Assembly: GCA_041615815.1 (NCBI GenBank)
Contig: JBFJCP010000043.1
Location: 1 to 27,662, forward strand
DNA from: Gemmatimonadales bacterium
Lineage (GTDB): Bacteria > Gemmatimonadota > Gemmatimonadetes > Gemmatimonadales > GWC2-71-9
Direction of reading: 5' to 3'
DNA length: 27,662 bases
Shown here: positions 7,789-15,496 of the stretch, piece by piece
Position numbering within the stretch: position 1 is the first letter of the stretch
How the letters are laid out: each line of letters starts with the position of its first letter
Position numbers and translations under genes: made by a program
Notes under the pieces: generated by a model
Databases searched by the model: none
What the model was told of the DNA's origin: nothing
What the model saw: only the letters and a program-made list of their open reading frames with translations

Positions 7789-9237
7789 ATGGACGCCCTA
7801 GTCCCCTTCCAATCGCTGCTGTTCGAGGAGATGGTGAGCACGCCCGAAATGCGGGCCGTGTGGACCGAGGAGCGGACGGTCGAGAAGTGGATGGAGGTGG
7901 AGGCAGCCGTGACGCGTGCCCAGATGCAGCTGCGGCTCGTCCCCTGGGACGCCGGCGAAGAAATCCTGCAGTGTCTTTCGGTTCAGCGATTCCCCATCGA
8001 AAAGATCCGCGAACGCAAACAGACTCATGGGCACTTGATGGTGGCGTTTCTCAAGGCGTTCCGGGAGGTGTGTGGTCCGGCCGCCGAGCATTTCCATGTG
8101 GGGCCCACCACGCAAGACATCTTGGACACCGGACTCACGCTGCAGATGCGCGAGGCGAACGCAACGATCCGACGCCAGCTTCGGAACCTCGAACGCGTGC
8201 TGTGCGATCGTGCGCTACAGTACAAGACCACGGTGATGATGGGGCGAACGCATCAGCAACACGCAGTGCCGCTCACCCTCGGGTTCACGCTCGCCGTCTG
8301 GGCAGCGGAGATGCGTGACCATCTGGAGCGCCTCGAGCAGGCCGAAGGGCGATTGTTGTTTGGCAGCGTCTCGGGAGCCGTGGGAACGCAAAGCGCGTAC
8401 GTCGAGCTGGCGGGCAGCGATGGAGCGCGGGCCATCGAGCGCATAGTGTGCGAGTCCCTCGGACTTCACCGGCCTCCCATCGCCCTTCACTCGCGTACGG
8501 ATCGTTTTTCGGAGATCGGGTGGATCCTCGCCGGAGTCGCAAGCTCACTCGGCAAGATGGGCATGAGCATCGCGGGGCTGCAGCGCTCGGAAGTGATGGA
8601 AGTAGAGGAACCGAGCGACGACGATCGGTACGGGAGCAGCACGATGCCGAACAAGATCAATCCCGAGCCGAGCGAGCAGGTGGATGGGCTGGCCAAGCTG
8701 GTACGGGCGCAGGCTCTGGCGCTTCAGGACATTCTGATGCACGACCAGCGCGACTCGACCCGGATGCCGGTACAGTACACGGCCCTTCCCCTCTGCTATC
8801 TCATGACTTCACGTGCGCTCGGGACGATGACCCACGTGATCGGCGGGCTGGTGGTACACCAAGACCGGATGCGGAAAAACCTCGGGCATCCCAACGTGCT
8901 CGGTCAGGCGGTGGCGGAGCGATTGATGATCCGGATCTATAAGAAGACGGGAAATCGAGATTGGGCGCACACGAAGCTGCACGAGTGGGCGTTGCGTTGT
9001 CGCGAGGAGAAACGCTGGTTTCGGGACGTCGTGGCGGAGGAGGAGATCATTCAGCAGATGTTCACCGAGGAAGAACTGCACGAGATCTTCGATATCAGCA
9101 ACTGGGTGGGCACCGCTGTAGAGCAGGTGGAGGGGATGGTGAGGCGACTACGCGGGGACGGGGACGCGAGACCCACTGTGGTCGAGCCCCGAGAAACGCA
9201 GGTGGCGCGGCGGGCCTCCTCGCCGAGGATCGCGTAG
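7789..9237 (+). CDS. adenylosuccinate lyase / fumarate-lyase superfamily protein (PurB/PcaB-like)
   Basis: HVGPTTQDILDT, MMGRTHQQHAVPLTLG, SGAVGT and GSSTMPNKINP motifs. ATG at 7789 with GAGGA RBS. Confidence 0.88.
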   Translation: MDALVPFQSLLFEEMVSTPEMRAVWTEERTVEKWMEVEAAVTRAQMQLRLVPWDAGEEILQCLSVQRFPIEKIRERKQTHGHLMVAFLKAFREVCGPAAEHFHVGPTTQDILDTGLTLQMREANATIRRQLRNLERVLCDRALQYKTTVMMGRTHQQHAVPLTLGFTLAVWAAEMRDHLERLEQAEGRLLFGSVSGAVGTQSAYVELAGSDGARAIERIVCESLGLHRPPIALHSRTDRFSEIGWILAGVASSLGKMGMSIAGLQRSEVMEVEEPSDDDRYGSSTMPNKINPEPSEQVDGLAKLVRAQALALQDILMHDQRDSTRMPVQYTALPLCYLMTSRALGTMTHVIGGLVVHQDRMRKNLGHPNVLGQAVAERLMIRIYKKTGNRDWAHTKLHEWALRCREEKRWFRDVVAEEEIIQQMFTEEELHEIFDISNWVGTAVEQVEGMVRRLRGDGDARPTVVEPRETQVARRASSPRIA

Positions 9238-9314
9238 GGAGAAGAATCGATGGCATCAGCCGCCGAGGTTGCGAGCAACTGCCGAGGCATCCGCTCGCTT
9301 CTGCCGGCGGGCGC

Positions 9315-10262
9315 TCAATGGCAGACGTCGCTACCGGCATCTCGGAACGTTCCCGAGACCGGTATGAACTCCCAGTCGTAGCTGTCGGAATGCAAGGTGA
9401 ACTTGATCACCCCATAGGTGTCGTTGTACCGCACCTCGCTATTCGGTAGCGGCGTGTCGAACCCGTAGAGGCTCCTGCCCGCGTTTCCCACCACGAATTG
9501 CCGCACCCCAGCGTTCATATCGACCGTTTCGTCCGGCGCTTGTGGCATAAAACGCTCGTAGACGTGGTCGTGACCACCGACGACGATCTCGGCCCCGGCA
9601 TCGTAGAGCGCCTGAAACAGCGACGCCGTCTGGGACTGACTCCCGTGGTTGCTGGAGCTGCTGAAACGCGGACGGTGCATGTAGGCGATCGTGCACGTTC
9701 TGGTGGTGGCGGCGAGATCAGTACGCAGCCACAGCTCTTGAGGGGAGCCCGCGTCCATGCTGATTTCGCTGTTCAGTGCGATGACGTGCCACGCACCAAG
9801 GTCATAGCTGTAGTAGCCCTCGCCGCGCTCCCCCGCGTTCGCCCCGAAGTAGTCGAAGTATCCGGCCGCATCCGCCGTATGGTAGTCGTGATTTCCCGGC
9901 GACGGCCGTGTCCTGTCTCTATGGCGGCCCCACGAGGGCGCGTAGCAGTTGGCAAAATCGGTGGCGGTGCCATCGGGGTAGGCGTTGTCGCCCGCCGTGA
10001 ACACCGTTCCTGGAATGGTGTCCAGGATGAGGGCCGTCTCTTCGTCTCCACTCGAGCTGCACGATGCGATGTCGCCCGCCCCTACGAGTACCAGGCCAGC
10101 TTCCGGTGCACCCGGCCCGGCCACACCGGGATCGGCTTGGCAAGCGCCAACAAGCGGCAACGCCGCCAGCAGGAGAGGGTTGAGGCACCGGGTGCAAACG
10201 GGAACGAGACCAAACCGCATCACCAACCCCGGGGTAGTCGGATCCGGCCATTGAAGATCCAT
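9315..10262 (-). CDS. exported calcineurin-like metallophosphoesterase, possibly a lipoprotein
   Basis: GAGDIA, AGDNAY, PGNHDY, MHRP and GHDHVYER metal-binding motifs, plus a lipobox-like VGAC. The start may instead be 10220. Confidence 0.88.
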   Translation of the reverse strand: MDLQWPDPTTPGLVMRFGLVPVCTRCLNPLLLAALPLVGACQADPGVAGPGAPEAGLVLVGAGDIASCSSSGDEETALILDTIPGTVFTAGDNAYPDGTATDFANCYAPSWGRHRDRTRPSPGNHDYHTADAAGYFDYFGANAGERGEGYYSYDLGAWHVIALNSEISMDAGSPQELWLRTDLAATTRTCTIAYMHRPRFSSSSNHGSQSQTASLFQALYDAGAEIVVGGHDHVYERFMPQAPDETVDMNAGVRQFVVGNAGRSLYGFDTPLPNSEVRYNDTYGVIKFTLHSDSYDWEFIPVSGTFRDAGSDVCH

Positions 10263-10544
10263 GACGAGCGAGCCAACCTAGTGGCGCGGCGTTCGTGCCG
10301 TTGTGACAGGAGTCACCCACGATCATCACACTCGAATGTTTTCTCGAGACCCCCTCGCCGCCCGTCCTTATAGATGTCCTGAAGAACGCATGAACCTCGT
10401 TCCCACCCCATTGCGTTTTGAGAGGCCGCGCCTATTGTAGTGACCGTATTCCGGTGGGTCGCCCGGTGCGTCCGCCGTTGTTGCCCTACGCTCCCGGGCG
10501 GAATTGGGCGCTGGCGGCCGCCGACAAGACTGGAGGGAAGGAAT

Positions 10545-10733
10545 ATGGCAAAGGAGCTGCGCTGTGGTGACATGATGCCGGGCTGCAAGTTCGTGGCCAC
10601 GGCGGAAACCGAGGAGGAGTTGCTGAAGAAGGTCACCAAGCACGCCAAGGAAGCGCACAACATCAAAGAGATCACACCCGAGCTGAGCAAGAAGGTCAAG
10701 GGTGCGATTCGAACCGTCGCGAAAGTGAAGTAG
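10545..10733 (+). CDS. DUF1059 small metal-binding-like protein
   Basis: MAKELRCGDMMPGCKFVATAETEEELL....HAKEAH pattern. GGAGG/AAGGA upstream. Confidence 0.9.
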   Translation: MAKELRCGDMMPGCKFVATAETEEELLKKVTKHAKEAHNIKEITPELSKKVKGAIRTVAKVK

Positions 10734-10754
10734 CGACCGAAGAGCGCAACGACG

Positions 10755-10785
10755 GGGGGAGGCGTCACCGCCTCCCCCTTTTGTT
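10755..10785 (+). terminator. intrinsic terminator
   Basis: GGGGGAGGCG-tcac-CGCCTCCCCC followed by TTTTGTT. Confidence 0.85.
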
Positions 10786-10821
10786 CTCCCTACCTTTCCT
10801 TTCGCCAACCACACCGTTCTC

Positions 10822-11982
10822 CTACGGAACCACCACCACCCCCACCGCACCGCCGAACTCCGTTTGCTCGCGTCTCGATCCCGCCGGCACCTGCCACGCA
10901 CCACCGTTGACCCGCACGTTCACCCGGTACACCCCGGGGGCGAGCACGACGGTAGTCTCCCAAGTCGACGATCCAACCTTCGCGAGTGCCACCACCTGCC
11001 AGTCAGTGAAATCTCCCATCAGCTCAACCGATGTCGCGCCGTCGACGTGCACGCGGAGTGCGCGCGTACGTCCATACGGTGGGATCTCGAGCCGGGCGGG
11101 ACTCGTGTCACCCGAGGCGGCATCTCGCCGAGCCGCCCGCAGCAACGCACCCGTGATCGTGGGTACCGGAGAGCGCTGGGATCCAAAGACGTTCAACCGC
11201 AGTCCGATGGTCGCGTACTTCGCGGCGAGGACACGACGCATGGGATCCGACGGATAACTGCCGCCGCCCAGTGAGAGGGTGATCCGCTCGTTGAGCGCAA
11301 CCAGCACCGACGCGTCGCCAAACACTCCCGTCCGCGCCTCGCCCACGCCTTCGCCACTTCTGGCCCACGGGCGCGCTATCAGCCGACCCTCGAGCTCGAC
11401 GCGCGGTCCCGTCCACCGCACCGCGCCCAACAGATCCATATAGCCGTCACCGCTGAGCCACGTGCCGGTGACCGTGCCCGCCAGCGCGACCCGATCCCGC
11501 ACGCTCCACCCTCCCACCGCGAGCTCGAACGGCACGCCGGAGGATACGCCGCCGAATGACCCCCCTCCAGTGCCGCTCACCCACCCGCCGGTGCGCTCAC
11601 CATAGAAGTGAATGCGTGTGCGTGCCAGGAAGTGCCCGTTGCCCGGCTCGTCGGCGTACTTGGAGGCGCCCACCGAGCCCGAGAGTTCGACCCGCCACCA
11701 CTCGCGCGGAGGCGCGAGCCATGCGGCGGCCGCCGTTCCTTGAAAAATCTGATTGCCGCTTTCAAAGATGGTCCAGGATCCCTGGCCACCGACCGACAGG
11801 TTGGAAATATCGAATGTGAGGGCAGGCGCGAGCACGGCGGCTCCCGAGACGAGAAAGCCGTCATATTCGACAACGGACGCACCGATATCTAGGGTCCCCG
11901 CCGTCTGTCCTACCAGTGGAGACCCGGAGGAAAGAAGCCAGGCCGCGACCGTCGCTGCGGCGCGCCGGCAGCGACGGGTCAC
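10822..11982 (-). CDS. predicted outer-membrane beta-barrel protein with C-terminal CBM48/AMPK-like glycogen-binding domain
   Basis: Signal-like N-terminus, then many amphipathic Gly/aromatic strands, then ATSVELMGDFTDW...W...LAPGVYRVNVRVNGGAW...EFGG. The GTG start at 11982 is inferred. Confidence 0.78.
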   Translation of the reverse strand: MTRRCRRAAATVAAWLLSSGSPLVGQTAGTLDIGASVVEYDGFLVSGAAVLAPALTFDISNLSVGGQGSWTIFESGNQIFQGTAAAAWLAPPREWWRVELSGSVGASKYADEPGNGHFLARTRIHFYGERTGGWVSGTGGGSFGGVSSGVPFELAVGGWSVRDRVALAGTVTGTWLSGDGYMDLLGAVRWTGPRVELEGRLIARPWARSGEGVGEARTGVFGDASVLVALNERITLSLGGGSYPSDPMRRVLAAKYATIGLRLNVFGSQRSPVPTITGALLRAARRDAASGDTSPARLEIPPYGRTRALRVHVDGATSVELMGDFTDWQVVALAKVGSSTWETTVVLAPGVYRVNVRVNGGAWQVPAGSRREQTEFGGAVGVVVVP

Positions 11983-11995
11983 CCGGGATGCGACA

Positions 11996-12652
11996 CTACG
12001 GTTTTCGCTTTCGAGGTGGTTTGGTCGTCGATCCTGTTTCGCCTCCTGGACCGGCGGCGAGATCGGTCGCCGCCTGAAGGCGAACACCCAGCGCAGCCGC
12101 CGGCGATGCGCCGAGCGCGATGTCGCGCTGGACGTTGCGCCGGAACGCGACATAGTCGGCATCCTGCGCATCTCTGGCCAAAGCCATCACCGCGGTGATC
12201 GCCGTGTCCACCGGAACGCCTGCAGCGACGAGGTCCGCCAAGACCGCGGCGGCAACCGTCAACGGTTGTCCGGGACGCAGCTCCTTGAGCCGTGCTAGAT
12301 CCCCCTCCACCGCACCCGCCCTGAGGGCGCTGGCGCCCGCTGTGAGCTCTGCCAAGGAAGCGGTCTCGCCAAACGCCTCACGCGCAACCCCCAACTCTCC
12401 ACGCAGCCGCGAGACCGCTGACACGATCAGTTGCGGCGCGGCACCCTTGGCGGCACCCTCGAGCGCTCGGTCCACGAGTGGTTCCGTGGGAAGCCCCGCA
12501 GCACGCGCCTCGTCCAGGATCGTGTTCACCTGAGCCCGAGCAGCGTCCGGTAGCCGTCCCTCGAGCCGGGGCTCCTGGGCATGCATGTTACCCGGCGCCA
12601 ACCAGAGCATCCCGCCGAGCACCATGGTGAGAGTTTCAAGCCGCATAGTCAT
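11996..12652 (-). CDS. exported Ala/Leu-rich helical protein of unknown function
   Basis: Signal peptide ending MHA/QE and a GLPTEPLVDRALEGAAKG motif. ATGA overlap with the upstream gene. Confidence 0.8.
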   Translation of the reverse strand: MTMRLETLTMVLGGMLWLAPGNMHAQEPRLEGRLPDAARAQVNTILDEARAAGLPTEPLVDRALEGAAKGAAPQLIVSAVSRLRGELGVAREAFGETASLAELTAGASALRAGAVEGDLARLKELRPGQPLTVAAAVLADLVAAGVPVDTAITAVMALARDAQDADYVAFRRNVQRDIALGASPAAALGVRLQAATDLAAGPGGETGSTTKPPRKRKP

Positions 12653-13215
12653 GCGCCTCCGATCGTGACGACGGCGTTCGAGCGTCCAAACTCGTCTTCC
12701 AGCGTGGGGGCGTTGGGATCACCGAGCCACGTGGTGCCATCTACCACAAACGAGTACCGATACCGACCAGGCTCGAGCGGGACAGTCACCCACCACACGC
12801 CGTCTCCTGCTTCCTTCTCCATGGGGGTGGCGGTGAGGTTCCAGTCATTGAAATCCCCCACCAGGGTCACCGAACCCGCTTCCGGCGCCACCAACACGAA
12901 CTGAATCGGCTGGGTGAACTGCGCGGTGGCGATTCCCTGCACCGGAGCCGGTGTTCCCCTCGGCCCCGCGAACCAGCTTCCCGCAAGCACGACGGCGGTG
13001 AGTCCCGCTGCCATCGCCAGCCCGCCGAGCGGGCTCAGCCGGATCGTGCGGGGACGCCGGAGCCACTCGAGCACCGTTGCCCTGCCCGCCGTGCCGTCTG
13101 GCATAGGGAGCGCCTCGATCTCGGACATCACCCGACTCGTGAGGCTCGGGTCGATCCGCACCGGCTCCTTCAGCGCCTGGACCGCACGTGCAATGGTGTC
13201 GTCGTGCTCAGCCAC
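12649..13215 (-). CDS. putative anti-sigma factor: cytoplasmic N-terminus, one TM helix, extracytoplasmic CBM48 (isoamylase early-set/AMPK-beta-like) domain
   Basis: Overlaps the sigma stop by 8 nt. TM segment PLGGLAMAAGLTAVVLAGSWF, then FVLVAPEAGSVTLVGDFNDW...GVW...LEPGRYRYSFVVDG..W..DP....DEFGRSNAVV. Confidence 0.8.
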   Translation of the reverse strand: MAEHDDTIARAVQALKEPVRIDPSLTSRVMSEIEALPMPDGTAGRATVLEWLRRPRTIRLSPLGGLAMAAGLTAVVLAGSWFAGPRGTPAPVQGIATAQFTQPIQFVLVAPEAGSVTLVGDFNDWNLTATPMEKEAGDGVWWVTVPLEPGRYRYSFVVDGTTWLGDPNAPTLEDEFGRSNAVVTIGGA

Positions 13216-13753
13216 GGACTGTCTCCGTCAATAATCGCCGCAACTCTTCTCGCGCTCGAAAGACTCGCATCTTGAGCGCCGGAATACGCGTACCTGTCAC
13301 CTGCTGCATTTCCTCATAACTCAACTCTTCCACGTGCTTCAGGAGAAACGCTTCTCGCTGTTCCTCGGGCAGCTGGTCCAGCGCCCACATGATCGCCTCG
13401 CGGCTCGCGTCGCGGTCCTCTGTGTGCTCCACCGAGGCACTGGCCACGGCGATGTCGTCAGTCACGACCAGCTTTTGTCTCCGGGTCCGCTTCGCCGCAT
13501 AGGTGCGGCACCGGTTCACCAAGATTCCGAAGAGCCAGGCTCCGAAGCGCTCCGGATCGGTGCAGCGAGCGAGCGAGCGATAGCCGCGGACGAAGGTGTC
13601 CTGGAGCGCATCCTCGGCGTCGGCCACGTCGCCGAGCATGCGCACGGCGTAGCGGCCCAACCGATCGCGATATCGCTCCACCAACCGGGCGTACACCTGG
13701 CGCTCTCCCGCCAGGACGCGACGCACCAGGAGCCCGTCGGTGTCCTCCCTCAC
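13208..13753 (-). CDS. ECF (sigma-70 group 4) RNA polymerase sigma factor
   Basis: Region 2 DAEDALQDTFVRGY...FGAWLFGILVNRC and region 4 LPEEQREAFLLKHVEELSYEEM....G....LKMRVFRAR. GTG at 13753 is the likely leaderless start. Confidence 0.93.
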   Translation of the reverse strand: MREDTDGLLVRRVLAGERQVYARLVERYRDRLGRYAVRMLGDVADAEDALQDTFVRGYRSLARCTDPERFGAWLFGILVNRCRTYAAKRTRRQKLVVTDDIAVASASVEHTEDRDASREAIMWALDQLPEEQREAFLLKHVEELSYEEMQQVTGTRIPALKMRVFRAREELRRLLTETVRG

Positions 13754-13758
13754 ACTAT

Positions 13759-13789
13759 GGGATACCCGGGCTCGGGGGCCGACGTCACA
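13759..13789 (-). promoter_or_regulatory. putative ECF promoter, autoregulatory copy
   Basis: Minus strand reads TGTGAC-gtcggcccccgagcccg-GGTATCCC-atagt-GTG. Confidence 0.7.
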
Positions 13790-13914
13790 GTCGGACCCGA
13801 ACACTCCGCGGGCGCTCGCCGATAGGAAACCAGTAAGCCCAAGGTGGCCACTCTCTTAGCGTGACCCCTTCAAGTCTACGTTGCGCGGCGCCGGGGTCAA
13901 CGACGTGGGGCCCA

Positions 13915-13945
13915 TGTGACTCCTCGCCCGATACCGAGGTATCCC
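13915..13945 (+). promoter_or_regulatory. putative ECF promoter, target-operon copy
   Basis: TGTGAC-tcctcgcccgataccga-GGTATCCC has the same boxes and 17-nt spacer as the minus-strand copy. Confidence 0.7.
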
Positions 13946-13977
13946 CTAATAGAGGCCTTCCGACCGAGGTGTTCCAA

Positions 13978-15480
13978 ATGAAACGCGTCCTTGTCTTGTC
14001 AGGGCTGTTCTTGGTCTGCGCGACGACCGCGTCCGCGCAACTGATCCCCATCCGCACGGTCCCGATCTCACAGTCCCACCAGTTCGAGATCTTGCCATCG
14101 CAGACGTTCGGCATGGCAGGGGTGTCGATCGCGATCCCGGACTCGTTGCTCGATCCGTTCGACAACCCAGCCAAGGGAGCGCGGCTCCGTGCAGCGCGGT
14201 TCTTCGGCACACCGAGTGTCTACAGTGTCACGAGCAAAGCCGGTGGCGGGCGCACCTTCCCGCTGGGCGCCATGATCAAGACGGGGCCGTGGTTCGGCGG
14301 GCTCTCAGTGGCGCTCCAGGAAGTCGATTTCAGCCAGCGGAACGGGTTCAATGACATCATCCCCTTCGCCTGCCCCAACTGCGGCGGTCAGCCGGTGGAC
14401 TTCTTTGGGCCGGTGGAGCGCTCGCACGGTAACGCCTACCTGTTTGCCATGTTCGGCCGGGATCTTCCCGCGGCAGGGCTTTCGGTGGGGGGCAGCTTCG
14501 CCTACTCCGAGCTGAACGCCGTGGACGGCGTGGACCTGCTCTACGCGGGTAGTGCGCGGATCAAACAGTATGGCGACGCCGTGGATATCCGGTTCGGCGT
14601 GCTGAAGGAGTGGTCGAACGGTCGATCGCTCGAGGCGCTGGTCCTGCACAACCGGTTCGGGATGACGCACGACGTGTTCTACCTGGACGGGTTCTGGGAT
14701 CCCGACACGCAACAGTTCGCACAGCGCCCGCGCTTGGAGCAGAACCTGGACCGGACCCGCACGTGGGGGCTCCATACCGAGTACGAGATCCCGCTCACCA
14801 CCTCCGGGTGGCGGATGGGCTGGCTCGCAACCGTCAATCGGATGTCGCATCCCAAGATTCCCAACTACGAGATCCAAAACATCCCGCGGGACCCCGGCAA
14901 CTCCAACGCGTTCAACGTGGGTGTCGGCGTGTCGCGGACGTACAACCACTCGACGTTCGGCGTGGACGTCATCTACGAGCCGATCTGGAGCCACACCTGG
15001 GCGGACTCGGAGGACCCGGTCGAGACGGACGCGGGAGAGATCATTCCGCCGGGCGGCAAGACCATCGAGAACCGATTTCGCTTTTCCAACGCGCTGTTCC
15101 GAATGGGCTTCGGACAACAGATCGCCTTTGGCGAGACCGGCACTTCGGCCGGTATTCAGTTCGGGTTGGCTCTCCGCACCATTCACTACTGGCTGAACCA
15201 GGACGACCACGTGTCCCTGACCTCGCGGAATCTCGAGGAGCGATGGGTGGAGTGGACACCCTCGTGGGGGGTGAGTGTCCGGTTTCCGGAGCTCGAAGTC
15301 GGGTATCGCGGTCGGGTGACCAACGGGACCGGCCGGCCGGGGGTGGCAAACAACCCCGGTATCCTGGTGGCCGATGCCGCGGGAGGGAGCAACATCCTCG
15401 TGGCGCCCAGTGGTCCGCTGACGTTGGACGAGGTCCGGGTAGTCACGCACCAGTTCTCCATCTCTCTACCGCTACGCTGA
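13978..15480 (+). CDS. predicted outer-membrane beta-barrel protein of unknown function
   Basis: Signal peptide MKRVLVLSGLFLVCATTASA, a FGMAGVSIA....DPFDNPA N-terminus reminiscent of FadL/PorV-type barrels, alternating amphipathic strands, and C-terminal HQFSISLPLR. GAGGT RBS. Confidence 0.8.
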   Translation: MKRVLVLSGLFLVCATTASAQLIPIRTVPISQSHQFEILPSQTFGMAGVSIAIPDSLLDPFDNPAKGARLRAARFFGTPSVYSVTSKAGGGRTFPLGAMIKTGPWFGGLSVALQEVDFSQRNGFNDIIPFACPNCGGQPVDFFGPVERSHGNAYLFAMFGRDLPAAGLSVGGSFAYSELNAVDGVDLLYAGSARIKQYGDAVDIRFGVLKEWSNGRSLEALVLHNRFGMTHDVFYLDGFWDPDTQQFAQRPRLEQNLDRTRTWGLHTEYEIPLTTSGWRMGWLATVNRMSHPKIPNYEIQNIPRDPGNSNAFNVGVGVSRTYNHSTFGVDVIYEPIWSHTWADSEDPVETDAGEIIPPGGKTIENRFRFSNALFRMGFGQQIAFGETGTSAGIQFGLALRTIHYWLNQDDHVSLTSRNLEERWVEWTPSWGVSVRFPELEVGYRGRVTNGTGRPGVANNPGILVADAAGGSNILVAPSGPLTLDEVRVVTHQFSISLPLR

Positions 15481-15496
15481 GCGAGGAGCGTCGACG

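Noticed and set aside
11983..12171. N-terminal extension of the barrel-CBM48 ORF
   Set aside because: It overlaps the upstream gene in another frame and precedes the signal-like segment.
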